A program made the translations under genes and the position numbers. The notes below the pieces were generated by a model. That model had not been told where the DNA came from. It saw only the letters and a program-made list of their open reading frames with translations, and searched no databases. 64,000 nucleotides of DNA from Acutalibacteraceae bacterium (lineage in GTDB: Bacteria > Bacillota > Clostridia > Oscillospirales > Acutalibacteraceae): NCBI GenBank assembly GCA_045123695.1, contig JBGVKJ010000019.1, positions 204,805 to 268,804 of the forward strand, given 5' to 3'. Positions 63,797 through 64,000 of this stretch are shown here, one piece after another; position 1 is the stretch's first letter; every line of letters starts with the position of its first letter.

Positions 63797-64000
63797 ATGG
63801 ATATCAAAAATAAATCGCTCAGAGAAGCGTATGCCTTGCTGGAAAATACAACACCTCTCGGCAGAAACGACTGCGGAAGCGTTTGCGATGCGTACTGTTG
63901 CAGTGATGCACTCGGCGACAGTATGGAGCTTTTTCCTTATGAAAAAGAGATTATTGAAACGCTCGAGGGTTTTGAAGTGCTTAACGGTGAAATACCCACA
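63797..64000 (+). CDS. Cys-rich protein, YkgJ/UPF0153-like zinc/iron-chelating domain suspected (5' part; continues beyond the window)
   Basis: ATG at 63797 after GGAG. MDIKNKSLREAYALLENTTPLGRNDCGSVCDAYCCSD... carries a CxxxCxxxCC cluster. Confidence 0.4.
   Translation, partial: MDIKNKSLREAYALLENTTPLGRNDCGSVCDAYCCSDALGDSMELFPYEKEIIETLEGFEVLNGEIPT

Overview
This window looks like a chromosomal core segment of a spore-forming Firmicute. Gene content and order suggest class Clostridia, perhaps Oscillospiraceae/Ruminococcaceae-like, but that placement is inference only. I can support about 57 protein-coding genes, almost all housekeeping.

Gene content in order:
- DNA repair and tRNA modification: miaB, mutS, mutL, miaA.
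- A division-cluster remnant: yggS, sepF, divIVA, lspA, rluD.
- Split transketolase.
- Sporulation genes: a sipL-like gene with spoIVA, and spoIIP with gpr.
- RNA and signalling genes: rnhA, RNase J, gdpP, proS, tcdA, mtaB, pgi, yceD-rpmF, der, rpsT, rsmI, mgtE.
- A carbohydrate block: GH13 amylase, glycogen phosphorylase, GH38 mannosidase.

I see no rRNA, tRNA, CRISPR array, transposase, integrase or phage genes, and no multi-gene cluster that looks like a defence or secretion system.

The unusual signals are small and mostly non-coding:
1. A 272-bp ORF-less element with 18-nt terminal inverted repeats, flanked by duplicated TAA, sits exactly on the rpsT stop codon (MITE-like). Three GC-rich hairpins follow it.
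2. A family of palindrome-centred intergenic repeats occurs at three loci, once as a near-perfect 85-bp tandem duplication after rpmF.
3. A zinc-ribbon/PASTA membrane protein has a kinase domain in which every catalytic motif is substituted (predicted pseudokinase). It may be translationally coupled to a 13-codon uORF.
4. A MazF toxin gene has no upstream antitoxin ORF.
5. A complete promoter-RBS-ORF-terminator unit encodes a 52-aa Cys-tailed membrane peptide that is absent from the ORF track.
6. Several housekeeping proteins carry extreme charged low-complexity tails (DivIVA acidic repeats, GlgP and RNase J lysine-rich tails).

All functional names come from by-eye motif and family recognition. 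No database search was run.
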